Part shown: in pieces, positions 34,612-45,481 of the stretch
How the letters are laid out: every line of letters starts with the position of its first letter
How positions within the stretch are numbered: position 1 is the first letter of the stretch
DNA from: an uncultured Flavobacteriales bacterium
GTDB taxonomy: Bacteria; Bacteroidota; Bacteroidia; Flavobacteriales; CAJXXR01
Length of the DNA: 64,000 nt
NCBI GenBank assembly: GCA_913063375.1
Contig: CAJXXR010000003.1
Span: 70,051-134,050 of the forward strand
Reading direction: 5' to 3'
Translations under genes and position numbers: made by a program
The notes under the pieces: model-generated
The model's database searches: none
What the model was told of the DNA's origin: nothing
Seen by the model: only the letters and a program-made list of their open reading frames with translations

Positions 34612-35709
34612 CTAGGTAAATGTTTTATGAATGAATTTTGAATTTAAAAGTCGCGCCACGGCCATGTAGTTTGGTTTAAAATATACCTTGTCTCCAATTC
34701 TATATTTCTTTTTTCCATCAACGGATTTATTTGATCCAAGGTCAATAACCATCATATCTGAGGTTATTCCAACATATTCTAATTCATCATCAATAAATTC
34801 AATGTCATCTTGGTCAACATCTAATAAACCGAAATCAAGAATAGCTTTTATAGATGTTTCACTAATGTTATCCTCATGAAATTCCGCAGTTTGGCCCACA
34901 TTACTATGACTAATAACGCCTTCTGGAACTATTTTTTTCTCCTCAAGTTCTATAATGTTGGCGCAAAACTCAAAGGTGTCAACAGCCAGTTCTTTAAATT
35001 GTTTGTTGTCTAAAGGACTAATTCCAAAAAATATGGCCTCTCCTATACGAAAGTGATTAATATCTTTTGGTATGGATTTTTGCTCAATGAGTGGTAGGGT
35101 GATAGATGTTCCACCAGAGACGTATTTTAAATCCTTATTGAACTTTGCTGAAATCAGTTCTTTATATAACGACAGTTGCAATAGCTTGTCATAAGTGGGT
35201 TCAATTCCATGCATACAACCCAGATTTGATCCAATTCCTATAACTTCAATATTCGATAGCTCAAATACGCTTTCATAAAAATTCATTAACTCTGTTCTTT
35301 TAACCCCTTCTCGAAGTTCACCAAGTTCAACCATAATAATGATTTTATGAATTTTCTTGGCTTTTTTAGCCGCTTTATTTAGCGCTACAATGGTATTGTG
35401 AGAGGAGTTTAGAGAGATGTCTGCATATTTTACAATATCATCAGCATATATTTTTGCAGGTGGTTTAATATAAATGGTTTGCATGTCGGGATTAACCTCT
35501 TTTAGGTTTTTCAAACTGGTAAGTCTGGAATCACCGATAGAATCAATATTTTTAATCACATCATCCGTAAGTACATTCTTGAGAAACTCTTTATCCCCTG
35601 AAAAAACTTTGGTAATTAAACTCCAATCAATATGATGAGAATCAAAGTAATCACTCAAATACTTGATGTTATCCTGAATCTTCTTTGTATGAATTATCAA
35701 CTTAGCCAT
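34612..35709 (-). CDS. PLP-dependent amino-acid racemase (alanine/ornithine racemase, YhfX/Orr-like)
   Basis: The 365-aa ORF has an alanine-racemase N-terminal barrel pattern (..ITKVFSG.., IGSNLGC, GGTS) and is of Orr-like length. Confidence 0.65.
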   Translation of the reverse strand: MAKLIIHTKKIQDNIKYLSDYFDSHHIDWSLITKVFSGDKEFLKNVLTDDVIKNIDSIGDSRLTSLKNLKEVNPDMQTIYIKPPAKIYADDIVKYADISLNSSHNTIVALNKAAKKAKKIHKIIIMVELGELREGVKRTELMNFYESVFELSNIEVIGIGSNLGCMHGIEPTYDKLLQLSLYKELISAKFNKDLKYVSGGTSITLPLIEQKSIPKDINHFRIGEAIFFGISPLDNKQFKELAVDTFEFCANIIELEEKKIVPEGVISHSNVGQTAEFHEDNISETSIKAILDFGLLDVDQDDIEFIDDELEYVGITSDMMVIDLGSNKSVDGKKKYRIGDKVYFKPNYMAVARLLNSKFIHKTFT

Positions 35710-35712
35710 TCC

Positions 35713-36153
35713 CTATTTTTTTAATCTCATTTCTAAATATGGATTGGTGAAACCCATTTTTTCATATAAAAATTTAGCAGGATTGTCTGCTTCTACGTGC
35801 AATGAAATATCTCCTTTAGAAGTTTCAATTGCATTGTTCATTAGCTTTTTCCCCAATCCTTCGCCACGATGATTTTTGTGTATAGCAATATACACGAGTA
35901 TGTTTTCTGGAATATATCCACCCATTCCGGTTTGGTTGATAACCGTGGCACCTTTTATTTTTTCATCCTCTTTTAAAAGCATGGTAAAACCTCCAAATGA
36001 TTCGATGTCTTTTAGTGAATAGTCTATTGCTTTCTGTATGTCATTTTTAGGGTCACCGTATTGTTCAAGATTATCAAATAAAAAGTCAACTATTTCTATT
36101 TTTTCTTTTTCACTTGGTTTATTCAGTGAATCAAAAATTATTGTTTCAAGCAT
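35713..36153 (-). CDS. GNAT-family N-acetyltransferase
   Basis: It has motif A, HRGEGLGKKLMNNAIE. It lies 3 nt upstream of the racemase gene on the same strand. Confidence 0.75.
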   Translation of the reverse strand: MLETIIFDSLNKPSEKEKIEIVDFLFDNLEQYGDPKNDIQKAIDYSLKDIESFGGFTMLLKEDEKIKGATVINQTGMGGYIPENILVYIAIHKNHRGEGLGKKLMNNAIETSKGDISLHVEADNPAKFLYEKMGFTNPYLEMRLKK

Positions 36154-36586
36154 AAGATATTTTGTTTACCTACAATCTAATATAATTAAGCAGCTGACCT
36201 AATGATATTGTTTTTTTTAATGATACTCAATCACCGAATAAATGTAATAGATGAATTTCGTCAATTAATTTGGACTAAGGTTGATTAAAATTTAATAAGA
36301 TCCGATTTTGTTTCCAATGATTTACTCGGAATAAGCGTGAATAAGGACTTTTTCCTTGTAAAATACACTTGAACCTCCTTTTAGAAATTGGGGAGATCTA
36401 ACCTCTACAGGGTATAGTATATGGTTTAATTACTGCTAAGGCTATGCAATAAAGATATCTAGATGAACAATTGAAATGAATTTAAAAGTTGCTATTGGAA
36501 TAATTCAAGGTAGATGGGCTGATAATGTTGTTGGATCATTGGAAGGCGTATTTCTAGATTAAATTATATCTCCTTAAATTTATATA

Positions 36587-36604
36587 ACGGATAAGTTTGT
36601 CCGT
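36587..36604. promoter_or_regulatory. candidate Rrf2/NsrR operator 1 (ACGGATA-N4-TGTCCGT)
   Basis: This is the core of a 30-nt perfect palindrome, TATATAACGGA-N8-TCCGTTATATA (36581..36610). It lies 40 nt upstream of the Rrf2 gene. Confidence 0.45.
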
Positions 36605-36644
36605 TATATAAATTGTATATATATTTGCTCAATAATACTCAGAT

Positions 36645-37079
36645 ATGTTTTCAAAATCGTGTGAATATGGTCTTCGAGCTATCATTTATATAGCTCAACA
36701 AACTGTCCAAAATAACAAAGTGGGCTTGCGAACTATTTCGGAAGAGATAGGTTCACCTGAAGCATTTACATCAAAAATACTGAGACAACTAACACGTAAT
36801 AGTATGGTCAAATCTATTAAAGGACCATACGGCGGTTTTGTGATAGAAGAGCATAAGTTGAAGACTACACTGAGCGAGGTAGTAAATATATTCGACGGAG
36901 ATACTATTTATAAAGGGTGTGGATTGGGATTGAACCAATGTGACGCCAATTCTCCCTGTCCAATGCACGCCAAATTTGTTGCAATCAGAGACGATTTAAA
37001 AAACATGTTAGAAAGTACCACGTTGGAAGCATTGGTTAATGATATGACCAACGATCTTGGAATTTGGTTCAAACGCTAA
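36645..37079 (+). CDS. Rrf2-family transcriptional regulator (NsrR-like)
   Basis: It starts MFSKSCEYGLRAIIYIA with a winged HTH. It has a three-Cys cluster (C..C.....C in GCGLGLNQCDANSPCPMH). It sits next to an NO reductase gene. Confidence 0.8.
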   Translation: MFSKSCEYGLRAIIYIAQQTVQNNKVGLRTISEEIGSPEAFTSKILRQLTRNSMVKSIKGPYGGFVIEEHKLKTTLSEVVNIFDGDTIYKGCGLGLNQCDANSPCPMHAKFVAIRDDLKNMLESTTLEALVNDMTNDLGIWFKR

Positions 37080-37094
37080 ACATTTACTTTTAAA

Positions 37095-37112
37095 ACGGAT
37101 AAATCTATCCGT
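37095..37112. promoter_or_regulatory. candidate Rrf2/NsrR operator 2 (ACGGATA-N4-TATCCGT)
   Basis: This 18-nt palindrome shares half-sites with operator 1. It lies 9 nt upstream of the ATG at 37122. Confidence 0.45.
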
Positions 37113-37121
37113 ATATCTATT

Positions 37122-37568
37122 ATGAAAAATACAAGACCATATTTAAATACAATTATTGCCCTGGTTTTTATCTGGATTGGATTTGTAGGTGCTATAAGTT
37201 TTATGGAAGCTTGGTTGAAATTTCAAGCACCAAATATCACTACAGAATTAGGATTGGGCATAGGTCAGTTAGTATTTAATGCCTTGAATAGGGTTGAAAT
37301 TACCATAGCGCTACTTCTGGTAGGTCTGTTATTGGTTAGATGGATGAAAGGCCTGAAATCAAGTTGCTTTTATTTAATGACACCCTTAATAATTCTGCTG
37401 CTCCAAACCTTTTGGCTATTACCGAGGCTAGATGAAAGAGCAGATTTAATTATACAACATATTGAAGTTTCAAAGAGCTATTTGCACTTTTATTATGTGC
37501 TATTAGAAATTCTGAAAGTACTATTTCTGGTACTATTTGGGAAAAGAATGTTAAACACTAAAAACTAA
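37122..37568 (+). CDS. small 4-TM membrane protein, function unknown
   Basis: The 148-aa ORF has four hydrophobic helices. It lies in the NO-reductase operon. Confidence 0.6.
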   Translation: MKNTRPYLNTIIALVFIWIGFVGAISFMEAWLKFQAPNITTELGLGIGQLVFNALNRVEITIALLLVGLLLVRWMKGLKSSCFYLMTPLIILLLQTFWLLPRLDERADLIIQHIEVSKSYLHFYYVLLEILKVLFLVLFGKRMLNTKN

Positions 37569-37572
37569 AGAC

Positions 37573-37923
37573 ATGAGCAATACTGCATCATTATTGGAGA
37601 ATATTACCTATAAAAAAGATAAGGCCGCAATTACAGTCTTATTAAAAACCAACCATTCTAAAGAGATTAGAATTGTTATGAAAGAGGGGCAGACTATGAA
37701 AGAGCATAAAGCACCTTTTCCAATTGTTATTGAACTTTTTGAAGGGTCCATTCATTTCGGCGTAAATGGCAAAAAGCAAGTACTTAAAAAAGGAGATTTA
37801 ATTGCCCTGGAAGGAAACGTACCACATGATTTGACTTGTATTTCAGATTGTATCATTCGTCTTTCTCTATCTATAAAGGACAGTGCTGATAGGGTTGAAA
37901 AAGTAGTAAATAAAGTGAACTAA
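37573..37923 (+). CDS. cupin-domain protein
   Basis: The 116-aa ORF has blocks typical of small cupins (..MKEHKAPFPIVIELFEGSI.F......L.KGDLIALEGNVPHDL). Confidence 0.65.
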   Translation: MSNTASLLENITYKKDKAAITVLLKTNHSKEIRIVMKEGQTMKEHKAPFPIVIELFEGSIHFGVNGKKQVLKKGDLIALEGNVPHDLTCISDCIIRLSLSIKDSADRVEKVVNKVN

Positions 37924-37944
37924 TTAACAGTAAAAGAATATAGC

Positions 37945-40161
37945 ATGAAAAAAGTTTGGGGTGCATTTATTGCAATTACCGTTTTGTCCTTTTCAGTTTT
38001 GATTTGGGTAGGAACCGAGGTTTACCAAACCCAACCACCCATTCCGGAATTGGTGGTGGAAAAAGAGTCTAACACCATTATATACACCAAGGAAGATATT
38101 CAAATTGGGCAAAATGTTTGGGAATCTATTGGCGGTATGGAGGTGGGATCCATTTGGGGGCATGGAAGTTATGTTGCACCGGATTGGACGGCAGACTGGA
38201 TACATAGAGAAGCCGTTTTTATGCTTGACGCTTGGGCCAAAAACGATTTTGGAAAAAAATATGAGCAGCTAGGCGTTGAAGAAAAAGCGGCTTTAAAAGC
38301 AAGGTTGATTAAAGATGTTAAAACTAATACTTACAATGCATCTGATAAGACTATCACCGTTTCCAAAGCAAGAGTTGCCGCGATTCAACAGAATATTGCC
38401 CATTATAGTTCAATTTTTTCCGATGGTAAAGAAGAATATGCTATACCAAAAGGTGCTTTGGTAGATGTTGAAAAATTGAAACAATTGAATGCATTTTTGT
38501 TTTGGACCTCTTGGGCGGCAAGTACCGATAGACCAAATTTGGACTATACCTACACATCCAATTGGCCGCATGAACCTCTCATCGATAATACCATCACCAA
38601 TGATTCTATTATCTGGTCGGGGCTGTCTATTGTACTGTTGTTATTGTTTATTGGAATTCTAACCTATTATTATCTGGTAAACCATGAAAAGGGGGAATTA
38701 GTTAATAAGCCGGAAAGTGACCCATTAACCAATATGACACTTTTTCGATCGCAAAAGGCCATATTGAAATATTTCATCGTTATTTCTTTACTGATTGGTC
38801 TACAGGTTGTTCTGGGTATTATTACCGTGCATTATACGGTTGAAGGACAATCCTTTTTTGGTTTTGATTTAGCCAATTATTTACCCTACTCGGTTACCCG
38901 TACTTGGCATACACAACTTGCTGTATTTTGGATTGCAGCTACTTGGTTGGCAACAGGATTATTTTTAGCACCTATGATTTCTGGTAAAGAAATGAAGTAT
39001 CAAGTTTTTGGTATAAACTTTTTGTTTGTAGCATTGATAGTGATTGTATTGGGGTCTATGCTTGGAGAATGGTTGGGGATACATCAATTCTTAGATTTAA
39101 CCACAAATTTCTTCTTCGGTCATCAAGGCTATGAGTACATGGATTTAGGTCGATTCTGGCAATTATTTTTGGGGATTGGATTGGTGCTATGGGTGGTTAT
39201 GGTAAGTAGACATATTATCTATGGAATTAAGAAAAACGATTCTTCTAAGCACTTATTAATTATCCTATTGATTTCTGTGATGGCGATAGGGATGTTCTTT
39301 TTCTCTGGACTGATGTATGGAGAAAATAGTAGCCTTCCTGTAATTAATTATTGGAGATGGTGGCTAGTTCACTTGTGGGTGGAAGGATTCTTTGAGGTAT
39401 TTGCCACGGTAGTTATTGCCTTTATCTTTTCTAGAATGAAAATAATATCCTCCAAAACAGCAGGAAGGGTATCTATTGCATCAGCCAGTATATTTTTGTC
39501 TGGTGGTATTTTAGGGACTTTACACCATTTATATTATTCGGGAACACCTGTTCAAGCCATTGCGCTAGGGGCTACCTTTAGTGCCTTGGAAGTGGTGCCA
39601 CTCACACTGATGGGCTATGAAATTAGGGAAAACTGGAACCTGTTGAAAAGTAAAGCATGGATGCAGAAATACAAATGGCCTATCTTCTTTTTTATAGCCG
39701 TTTCCTTTTGGAATTTTGTTGGAGCAGGGGTATTTGGTTTCTTAATTAATCCTCCTATTGCCTTGTACTATATTCAGGGTCTAAATACTACTGCGGTGCA
39801 TGCACATACTGCCTTATTTGGTGTATACGGTATGTTGGGAATGGGCTTTATATTGATTTGTCTACGTTTTTATTCAGATCGAATTTGGAACAACAAAAAA
39901 CTTAAACGGTCTTTTTGGTGTCTGAATATTGGCTTGGTTGCCATGGTACTATTTAGTCTATTACCCATTGGTATTATTCAAGCTTATACCTCCATTACTC
40001 AAGGGTATTCTTTTGCTAGGGATGCAGAATTATTGTATTCACCAACGGTGCAAACGCTTAAATGGATGCGTATGATTGGAGATATTATCTTTTCAGTTGG
40101 AATATTCTATTTCTGCTGGTTTACCATTGAAGAAACCCTCTACAATTTTAAGAGAAAATAA
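37945..40161 (+). CDS. norB: quinol-dependent nitric oxide reductase, large subunit (heme-copper oxidase subunit I family)
   Basis: The 738-aa ORF has one N-terminal TM helix and a periplasmic domain, then about 12 TM helices. The conserved His-rich blocks are HLWVEGFFEVF, GTLHHLYYSG and AVHAHTALFGVYG. Confidence 0.85.
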   Translation: MKKVWGAFIAITVLSFSVLIWVGTEVYQTQPPIPELVVEKESNTIIYTKEDIQIGQNVWESIGGMEVGSIWGHGSYVAPDWTADWIHREAVFMLDAWAKNDFGKKYEQLGVEEKAALKARLIKDVKTNTYNASDKTITVSKARVAAIQQNIAHYSSIFSDGKEEYAIPKGALVDVEKLKQLNAFLFWTSWAASTDRPNLDYTYTSNWPHEPLIDNTITNDSIIWSGLSIVLLLLFIGILTYYYLVNHEKGELVNKPESDPLTNMTLFRSQKAILKYFIVISLLIGLQVVLGIITVHYTVEGQSFFGFDLANYLPYSVTRTWHTQLAVFWIAATWLATGLFLAPMISGKEMKYQVFGINFLFVALIVIVLGSMLGEWLGIHQFLDLTTNFFFGHQGYEYMDLGRFWQLFLGIGLVLWVVMVSRHIIYGIKKNDSSKHLLIILLISVMAIGMFFFSGLMYGENSSLPVINYWRWWLVHLWVEGFFEVFATVVIAFIFSRMKIISSKTAGRVSIASASIFLSGGILGTLHHLYYSGTPVQAIALGATFSALEVVPLTLMGYEIRENWNLLKSKAWMQKYKWPIFFFIAVSFWNFVGAGVFGFLINPPIALYYIQGLNTTAVHAHTALFGVYGMLGMGFILICLRFYSDRIWNNKKLKRSFWCLNIGLVAMVLFSLLPIGIIQAYTSITQGYSFARDAELLYSPTVQTLKWMRMIGDIIFSVGIFYFCWFTIEETLYNFKRK

Positions 40162-40307
40162 TTTACGTTCATGCGGAAGCATAAACTGCGGAGCTATATG
40201 GAGCATTTTATAGAATACTTCAATAGCGATTCTTCTAGATTAGAACTGGTTATAGGACTTAGAATAACTGCTCAGTCCTAACTTGTACTTGTAACACAAA
40301 ACTAGGT

Positions 40308-40345
40308 AAAAGCCTCTCCCGTGAATTTCACGGAGAGGCTTTTTT
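40308..40345 (+). terminator. rho-independent terminator of the NO-reductase operon
   Basis: The sequence AAAAGCCTCTCCCGTG-AATTT-CACGGAGAGGCTTTTTT is followed by GTGATCATAATAG, as after 20437. Confidence 0.8.
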
Positions 40346-40482
40346 GTGATCATAATAGATTTTTTTCAAGACCCTACTGCTGAGTAGATTTTTAATTTGT
40401 TTTGAAAAATTTTAACTTTTTTTATTGAGAAATAGAGTCCTATATATTTGAGAGAATAGGTTATTTTAGTCGAAAATTTATT

Positions 40483-41184
40483 ATGATGAAAAAAGTTTTT
40501 CTTTTGTTCTTTGTTTGTATTTCAATAAACATGATTGCTCAAAACGCTACTTGGAGTTCTTGGTTAGCAGCGCATGAGGGGAAAATAAATTATTTACCAG
40601 AATACGGGCAACAAAAAAAAACTGATCAAGAAATTGAGATCGATAATAAATTCATTAAAGCTATTACAGATCTAGGGTACACCAAAGAAAAAGGAAGCGA
40701 GATATTTTCAGGTAAAGGCTGGACCTTTTTGAGACAAGGTGATTTGGAATCTGCTATGCTAAGATTTAATCAGTCATGGCTATTAGATTCAACAAATGTG
40801 AATGCACTTTGGGGATACGGAGCAATATTGGGAAAGCTACAAAACCCAACGGAGGCTATCAAATATTTAAATCGTGCCTACTCTTATGACTCCAATACTA
40901 TTCGATTACTAATTGATATATCCGCCTCACACCTGGTTAGATATAACATTGAAAAAAACACCTCCGATCTAGATCAGGGGCTATCTACTTTACTCCGATA
41001 TTTGGAAAAGGATGGTGAAAATGAAGAGGCTTTATATAAAACAGCAATCTTTTATTTCCATATGGAGGATTATAAGTCTTCGTGGGAATATATTCATAAG
41101 TGTGAAGAGGTTGGCGGTGGCCCAATAAAGAAAAGGTTTATAAAATCGTTAAAAAAGAAAATGCGAAAGCCTAAAGCCAAATAG
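40483..41184 (+). CDS. secreted TPR-repeat protein
   Basis: A signal peptide is followed by TPR-like helices (ESAMLRFNQSWLLDSTNVNALWGYGAILGKLQNPTEAIKYLNRAY). Confidence 0.65.
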   Translation: MMKKVFLLFFVCISINMIAQNATWSSWLAAHEGKINYLPEYGQQKKTDQEIEIDNKFIKAITDLGYTKEKGSEIFSGKGWTFLRQGDLESAMLRFNQSWLLDSTNVNALWGYGAILGKLQNPTEAIKYLNRAYSYDSNTIRLLIDISASHLVRYNIEKNTSDLDQGLSTLLRYLEKDGENEEALYKTAIFYFHMEDYKSSWEYIHKCEEVGGGPIKKRFIKSLKKKMRKPKAK

Positions 41185-41434
41185 TAAATCAAGGCGCCTT
41201 GCTTTGATAGGTAGATTTTATTGAAGTCTATTTATGAGTAAAAAAAATATAGAATAAAGTATATTGAGGATTCTTTCACAAAAATAATAGATGATTTGGA
41301 TGACTTATACTTCCGATACTACTTTATTTTTGTCTAATTCGGGGGATAATCTGAATAGAAAGATAGGTGTAATATAGCCGTATGTAAGGTATAGTACATT
41401 ATAATGACAAACAAAGGATATTAAAATAAAGCGT

Positions 41435-44428
41435 ATGAGAATCCAGTGTAAGTTCTGTGTGACCTATAATTACGATGATGCTATATTGTGTATTAACTGC
41501 TCAAAACCTCTATGGAGTAGGGATGAGGTTGCTGAAAAACTTTCCAAACGCCTTTCCCAATTAGAGCTAAAATATCAGCGAGAAGTTCAAGCTATAAGAA
41601 AAGATATTTCTGATTTAAAAAAGATTGAAAATTCATTACCTGAATCGATTATAATCCCTGAAAAGGAAACGATACCTATAAAGAAGGTGGTCAAGGAAAC
41701 AGTTAGTATCCGAGATACAGATACGAGTACTGTCGTTCAACCTGAACCACCAAGATTCAAGATTAGCGAACCTAGACCACCCTCACAATTCGACCTTAAG
41801 GTTAAAGAATTCTTGGGTCCAATTAATGAGGGCGTTGAATTGTTATTAGGCGTTTATTCCAAATATAAAACAGAAGGGAAGCTACCTATATTCTTTATGA
41901 CAATTGCCGGGATTTTGGCTATTTTATTTGGGTTTGGCTATTTAATGCAGTTGTCTTTACAATATTTGGGAGCCTATCAGGAGCCTTTTAAAATAGGTTT
42001 AGGGTTTACTACATCTATTGTTTTGGGAGCTATTGGAATTCGACTTTCACGCAAGGGTGAAACACTAAAAGAATATGGGTCTGCCCTCATAAGTCTAGGG
42101 ATTATTCTCAATTATCTCATGATCTATTTCCTGTCAGATTTAGGAAATTTCCCACTACTAGCTTCAGGTATTCTAGGCTTTAGTCTAATCTCATTAAATA
42201 CACTTGTATCCATATTTTTTTCACTGAAATATGAAGCCAAAGTAATTTCTGTAATATCATTAATTGGTGGTGCATTTGCACCGCTATACCTCAATGCAAT
42301 GGGAGATGGTAGTCTCTACTACCTGTATCTTTGGTTTCTAGCCATTGGCTCTTCATACGTATCTAGGAAAACAAATTGGAAAACACTTAGCTATTTAACA
42401 TTTGCTGTTGCTTTGGGAAGTCTCGAATTTATGGTTTTTAACTATAGTCCAGGCAACCTTATTTACGCGGTATATTATCACCTTTTTGCCTATTTATTTT
42501 TCTATATAGCCTTATTTGACGGGGCTAGATTAAAAAACAGTATTGTAAAAGCAGATATAGTTATACTCGTAAGTAGTTTAAGTTTCTTGCTATTCAATTT
42601 ATTCAATGCCTTTGAAAGTGATCTAGTTACATTAGGAATAGTATACATCATTAACGGCCTTGCTTTTTCCGCGTTATTGCTAAAGAAATGGAAAGACCTA
42701 AGTAGAGATGCCAAACTGGTTTTATTCGTTGTTATTGGAACATTAATAGGGTTTGCTATACCTTCCATTTTTGACCAGAAGTTAATGGGTCTTTTCTGGT
42801 CTATAGAGGCATTATTACTTGTTGTTTTAGGTTTTCAATTCTCTATACCAACTGTAAGAAAAGAAGGGTATATTCTATTGGTTATTGCTTTTGGGAAGCT
42901 GTTATTTAGCAGCTTTTCAATTATAGATCATTGGGACGAAACATTGTGGCACCAAGGCTTCCTAAATTACATTGCTTTAGGGACCGTTTTTACTACCATG
43001 TGGTTTATTGGCAGAAGAAATTTAAAAGAACTTATTGGATTTGAGCATAGACTTTACTCATTTAGCCAAGAAATAGTTCCCTTATGGTTGGCCTCAGTAT
43101 ACCTAATGGTAGGATTTCACTTGGTTGGTGAATGGATTTTGAACCTATCGATAGTTCCATTATTTGGCTTTATTTATTGGAAAAAATACTTCAACACGAA
43201 ATTAACTGATCATATTGGTCTAGGCCATCTATTTCTATTTATTGCTGGTTTGTTAGTTTCATTTCAAGCAACAGGTTCCATTCATATTTCAGATCAAAAA
43301 CTGTATACTCAAATAGGAATAATAGAGCTATTGGCAACCTTTTGGGCGCTCAAATCTTATTATAAATTCCTTAAAATAGAAGATGAAAATACCTTTGGTT
43401 TTGCAGAGAATTTAAGAGTCCTTTTCTTCTGCCTTCTACCGTTAGTCTTTATCAATTTGGTCAGAAAGCATACGTTTGAATTCATCGAATTAGGTTTATG
43501 GATAGGAGCAATAATAACCTACTTCCTACACAAAAGATTAAAATACTATGCGCTTCAAATAGAGTTCATTTCACTATCAGCAATTGCATTTTTCCTTTGT
43601 TATATGGAATGGGATTCCATTGGGTTCATCTCAGGGATTGCATTCATGGCTGCTATTGTTGTGGTTGAAAAAGCCATTAGGTATGAAACATTTCAACAGT
43701 CCACGTACAAAGATTTTATAGCCTTTTTCCCTTTTGCGTTAACGGCTTTTATTGGAAGCTTCATTTATTCATTGAATGAAGATTTCTTTGCCCTTAGTCT
43801 AAGCATCTCTTCCTTTGCGTTATTGACCTTTACTTATTTTTATGATAAAATCGGACCCATAAAAAATAACCCTAAGCTTGCAGGAACCCTTGCATTACTA
43901 CTAAATCTATGTAGTATCCTAGCCTTAGGATTTTTTGGGTCAATTCCTTCAATGATGGTTTCTATCATTAATCTTATCCTAATTGCTCTATTGCTTAACA
44001 ATAAGAAAAATTGGTTTCCTATTCTTTATGGGCAACACTGGAATGGAACAATGGTGCTACACCAAATTGAATGTGTTCTTGTATATGGATTAATTCTGGT
44101 GTTTTTTGATATTAGTTTATCAGGGCCTTTAGCTTCTATTTTGTTAGCTGCCCATGCAATAATTGTATTATTTGTTGCGATGAAAAACCAGATTAAAGTC
44201 TTAAATAAAATTTCAATGGTGCTATTTTCAATTACATTATTGAAGGTTGTCTTTCACGATATCACCGATTTTAATACAACAGAAAAAGTAATTGTATTAA
44301 TTATTCTTGGGTTAATTCTGTTGAGTGCTTCCTACGGTTATGTTAAACTTGCAAAACACTTCGAGGAAAAAATAAATAGATTACAAGAAAATCCTATTAA
44401 CCCAAAAAATGATTCCGACGGGGTATAG
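41435..44428 (+). CDS. large polytopic membrane protein with N-terminal zinc-ribbon (DUF2339-like)
   Basis: The 997-aa ORF begins with CKFC..x13..CINC and a coiled segment. More than 20 hydrophobic helices follow. The family label is from memory only. Confidence 0.6.
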   Translation: MRIQCKFCVTYNYDDAILCINCSKPLWSRDEVAEKLSKRLSQLELKYQREVQAIRKDISDLKKIENSLPESIIIPEKETIPIKKVVKETVSIRDTDTSTVVQPEPPRFKISEPRPPSQFDLKVKEFLGPINEGVELLLGVYSKYKTEGKLPIFFMTIAGILAILFGFGYLMQLSLQYLGAYQEPFKIGLGFTTSIVLGAIGIRLSRKGETLKEYGSALISLGIILNYLMIYFLSDLGNFPLLASGILGFSLISLNTLVSIFFSLKYEAKVISVISLIGGAFAPLYLNAMGDGSLYYLYLWFLAIGSSYVSRKTNWKTLSYLTFAVALGSLEFMVFNYSPGNLIYAVYYHLFAYLFFYIALFDGARLKNSIVKADIVILVSSLSFLLFNLFNAFESDLVTLGIVYIINGLAFSALLLKKWKDLSRDAKLVLFVVIGTLIGFAIPSIFDQKLMGLFWSIEALLLVVLGFQFSIPTVRKEGYILLVIAFGKLLFSSFSIIDHWDETLWHQGFLNYIALGTVFTTMWFIGRRNLKELIGFEHRLYSFSQEIVPLWLASVYLMVGFHLVGEWILNLSIVPLFGFIYWKKYFNTKLTDHIGLGHLFLFIAGLLVSFQATGSIHISDQKLYTQIGIIELLATFWALKSYYKFLKIEDENTFGFAENLRVLFFCLLPLVFINLVRKHTFEFIELGLWIGAIITYFLHKRLKYYALQIEFISLSAIAFFLCYMEWDSIGFISGIAFMAAIVVVEKAIRYETFQQSTYKDFIAFFPFALTAFIGSFIYSLNEDFFALSLSISSFALLTFTYFYDKIGPIKNNPKLAGTLALLLNLCSILALGFFGSIPSMMVSIINLILIALLLNNKKNWFPILYGQHWNGTMVLHQIECVLVYGLILVFFDISLSGPLASILLAAHAIIVLFVAMKNQIKVLNKISMVLFSITLLKVVFHDITDFNTTEKVIVLIILGLILLSASYGYVKLAKHFEEKINRLQENPINPKNDSDGV

Positions 44429-44436
44429 AAGCAAAG

Positions 44437-44467
44437 AAGGCGTACATCAATAGATGTACGCCTTTTT
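44437..44467 (+). terminator. rho-independent terminator
   Basis: A perfect 12-bp stem (AAGGCGTACATC / GATGTACGCCTT) with a 4-nt loop is followed by T5. Confidence 0.8.
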
Positions 44468-44681
44468 GCGTTCCCGAAGGGTTTGTTCAAGAACCTTATG
44501 GGGTTTCAGTTTCAAACAGATAATTTACTTATTTCTGATAGTATACAACCCTATCTTTAGTATAGAGATGTGTAAGAGTAATTACAAGTATAGACGGTAA
44601 CTAATACAGAAATTCTATTCTTTCAAATGAATATTAGTTTTAAATTCGTTCACCATTAATGCTAAATAAGAATGAAGTACT

Positions 44682-45365
44682 ATGAAAAGAATTTTAGATT
44701 ACATTTTACCAATATTATTCCTGTTTGTGACAATTTCGATGAACGGTCAAAACAACGTAACTAAAAATAGAATTCCACTATATGTTACCCCAGTTTATCA
44801 ATTTGATCCTTTAGACATCAATGTTGGTGATTGTAGTAAAATGTTGACATCTCTTGATATCAATAATTATAAAGAAACAGTAGGCTATTTCTCTACTAAT
44901 ATTGATTTGATACCAATTGAAGCGATCTTTGTATTATCTGTTAGACTGTACGATATTGGGAAAAAGGATGAAGCTATTTATTGGTTTTATACAGCTCAGG
45001 CCAAAGGCAAAATATTTATCAAAATGTTGGATCCAGAAAAAATTGGGGGTATCGGATCAAGGGCTTTTGAGTTAAGACAAATGTTTATTTCTTTCAATAG
45101 ATTAGCAGGAGAGTACATAAATGGATATGCAGGAGGAAACCTGGAGGTGTATTTAGGAGTATGTGAGAGATTATTAAAGGAAATAGTTGATTTTAAACCA
45201 GTATTTAGTATTTATCCTAATGTTTCATTTTTACCGGACTCAAATCGTCCGTCTATACTAGAAAAACAGATCGTGGGGATTCAGAAATTAATGGCTTATA
45301 TCGAAGGAAACAAAGATGAAATAATTAGGAAAAGAAAAGAAGCAGGAATAGAAGGGTTATACTAG
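44682..45365 (+). CDS. hypothetical secreted protein
   Basis: The 227-aa ORF has a signal peptide. I recognised no family. Confidence 0.55.
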   Translation: MKRILDYILPILFLFVTISMNGQNNVTKNRIPLYVTPVYQFDPLDINVGDCSKMLTSLDINNYKETVGYFSTNIDLIPIEAIFVLSVRLYDIGKKDEAIYWFYTAQAKGKIFIKMLDPEKIGGIGSRAFELRQMFISFNRLAGEYINGYAGGNLEVYLGVCERLLKEIVDFKPVFSIYPNVSFLPDSNRPSILEKQIVGIQKLMAYIEGNKDEIIRKRKEAGIEGLY

Positions 45366-45481
45366 AAAACACTAGTAATTAGCGTTTATATCCCTGTTGT
45401 TACTTTGTTTCTGGGTTTATCCGGGATGGAAGGGTAGGTGTAAAATACCATATTATATATATTAAGCTTAATTAAAACATT

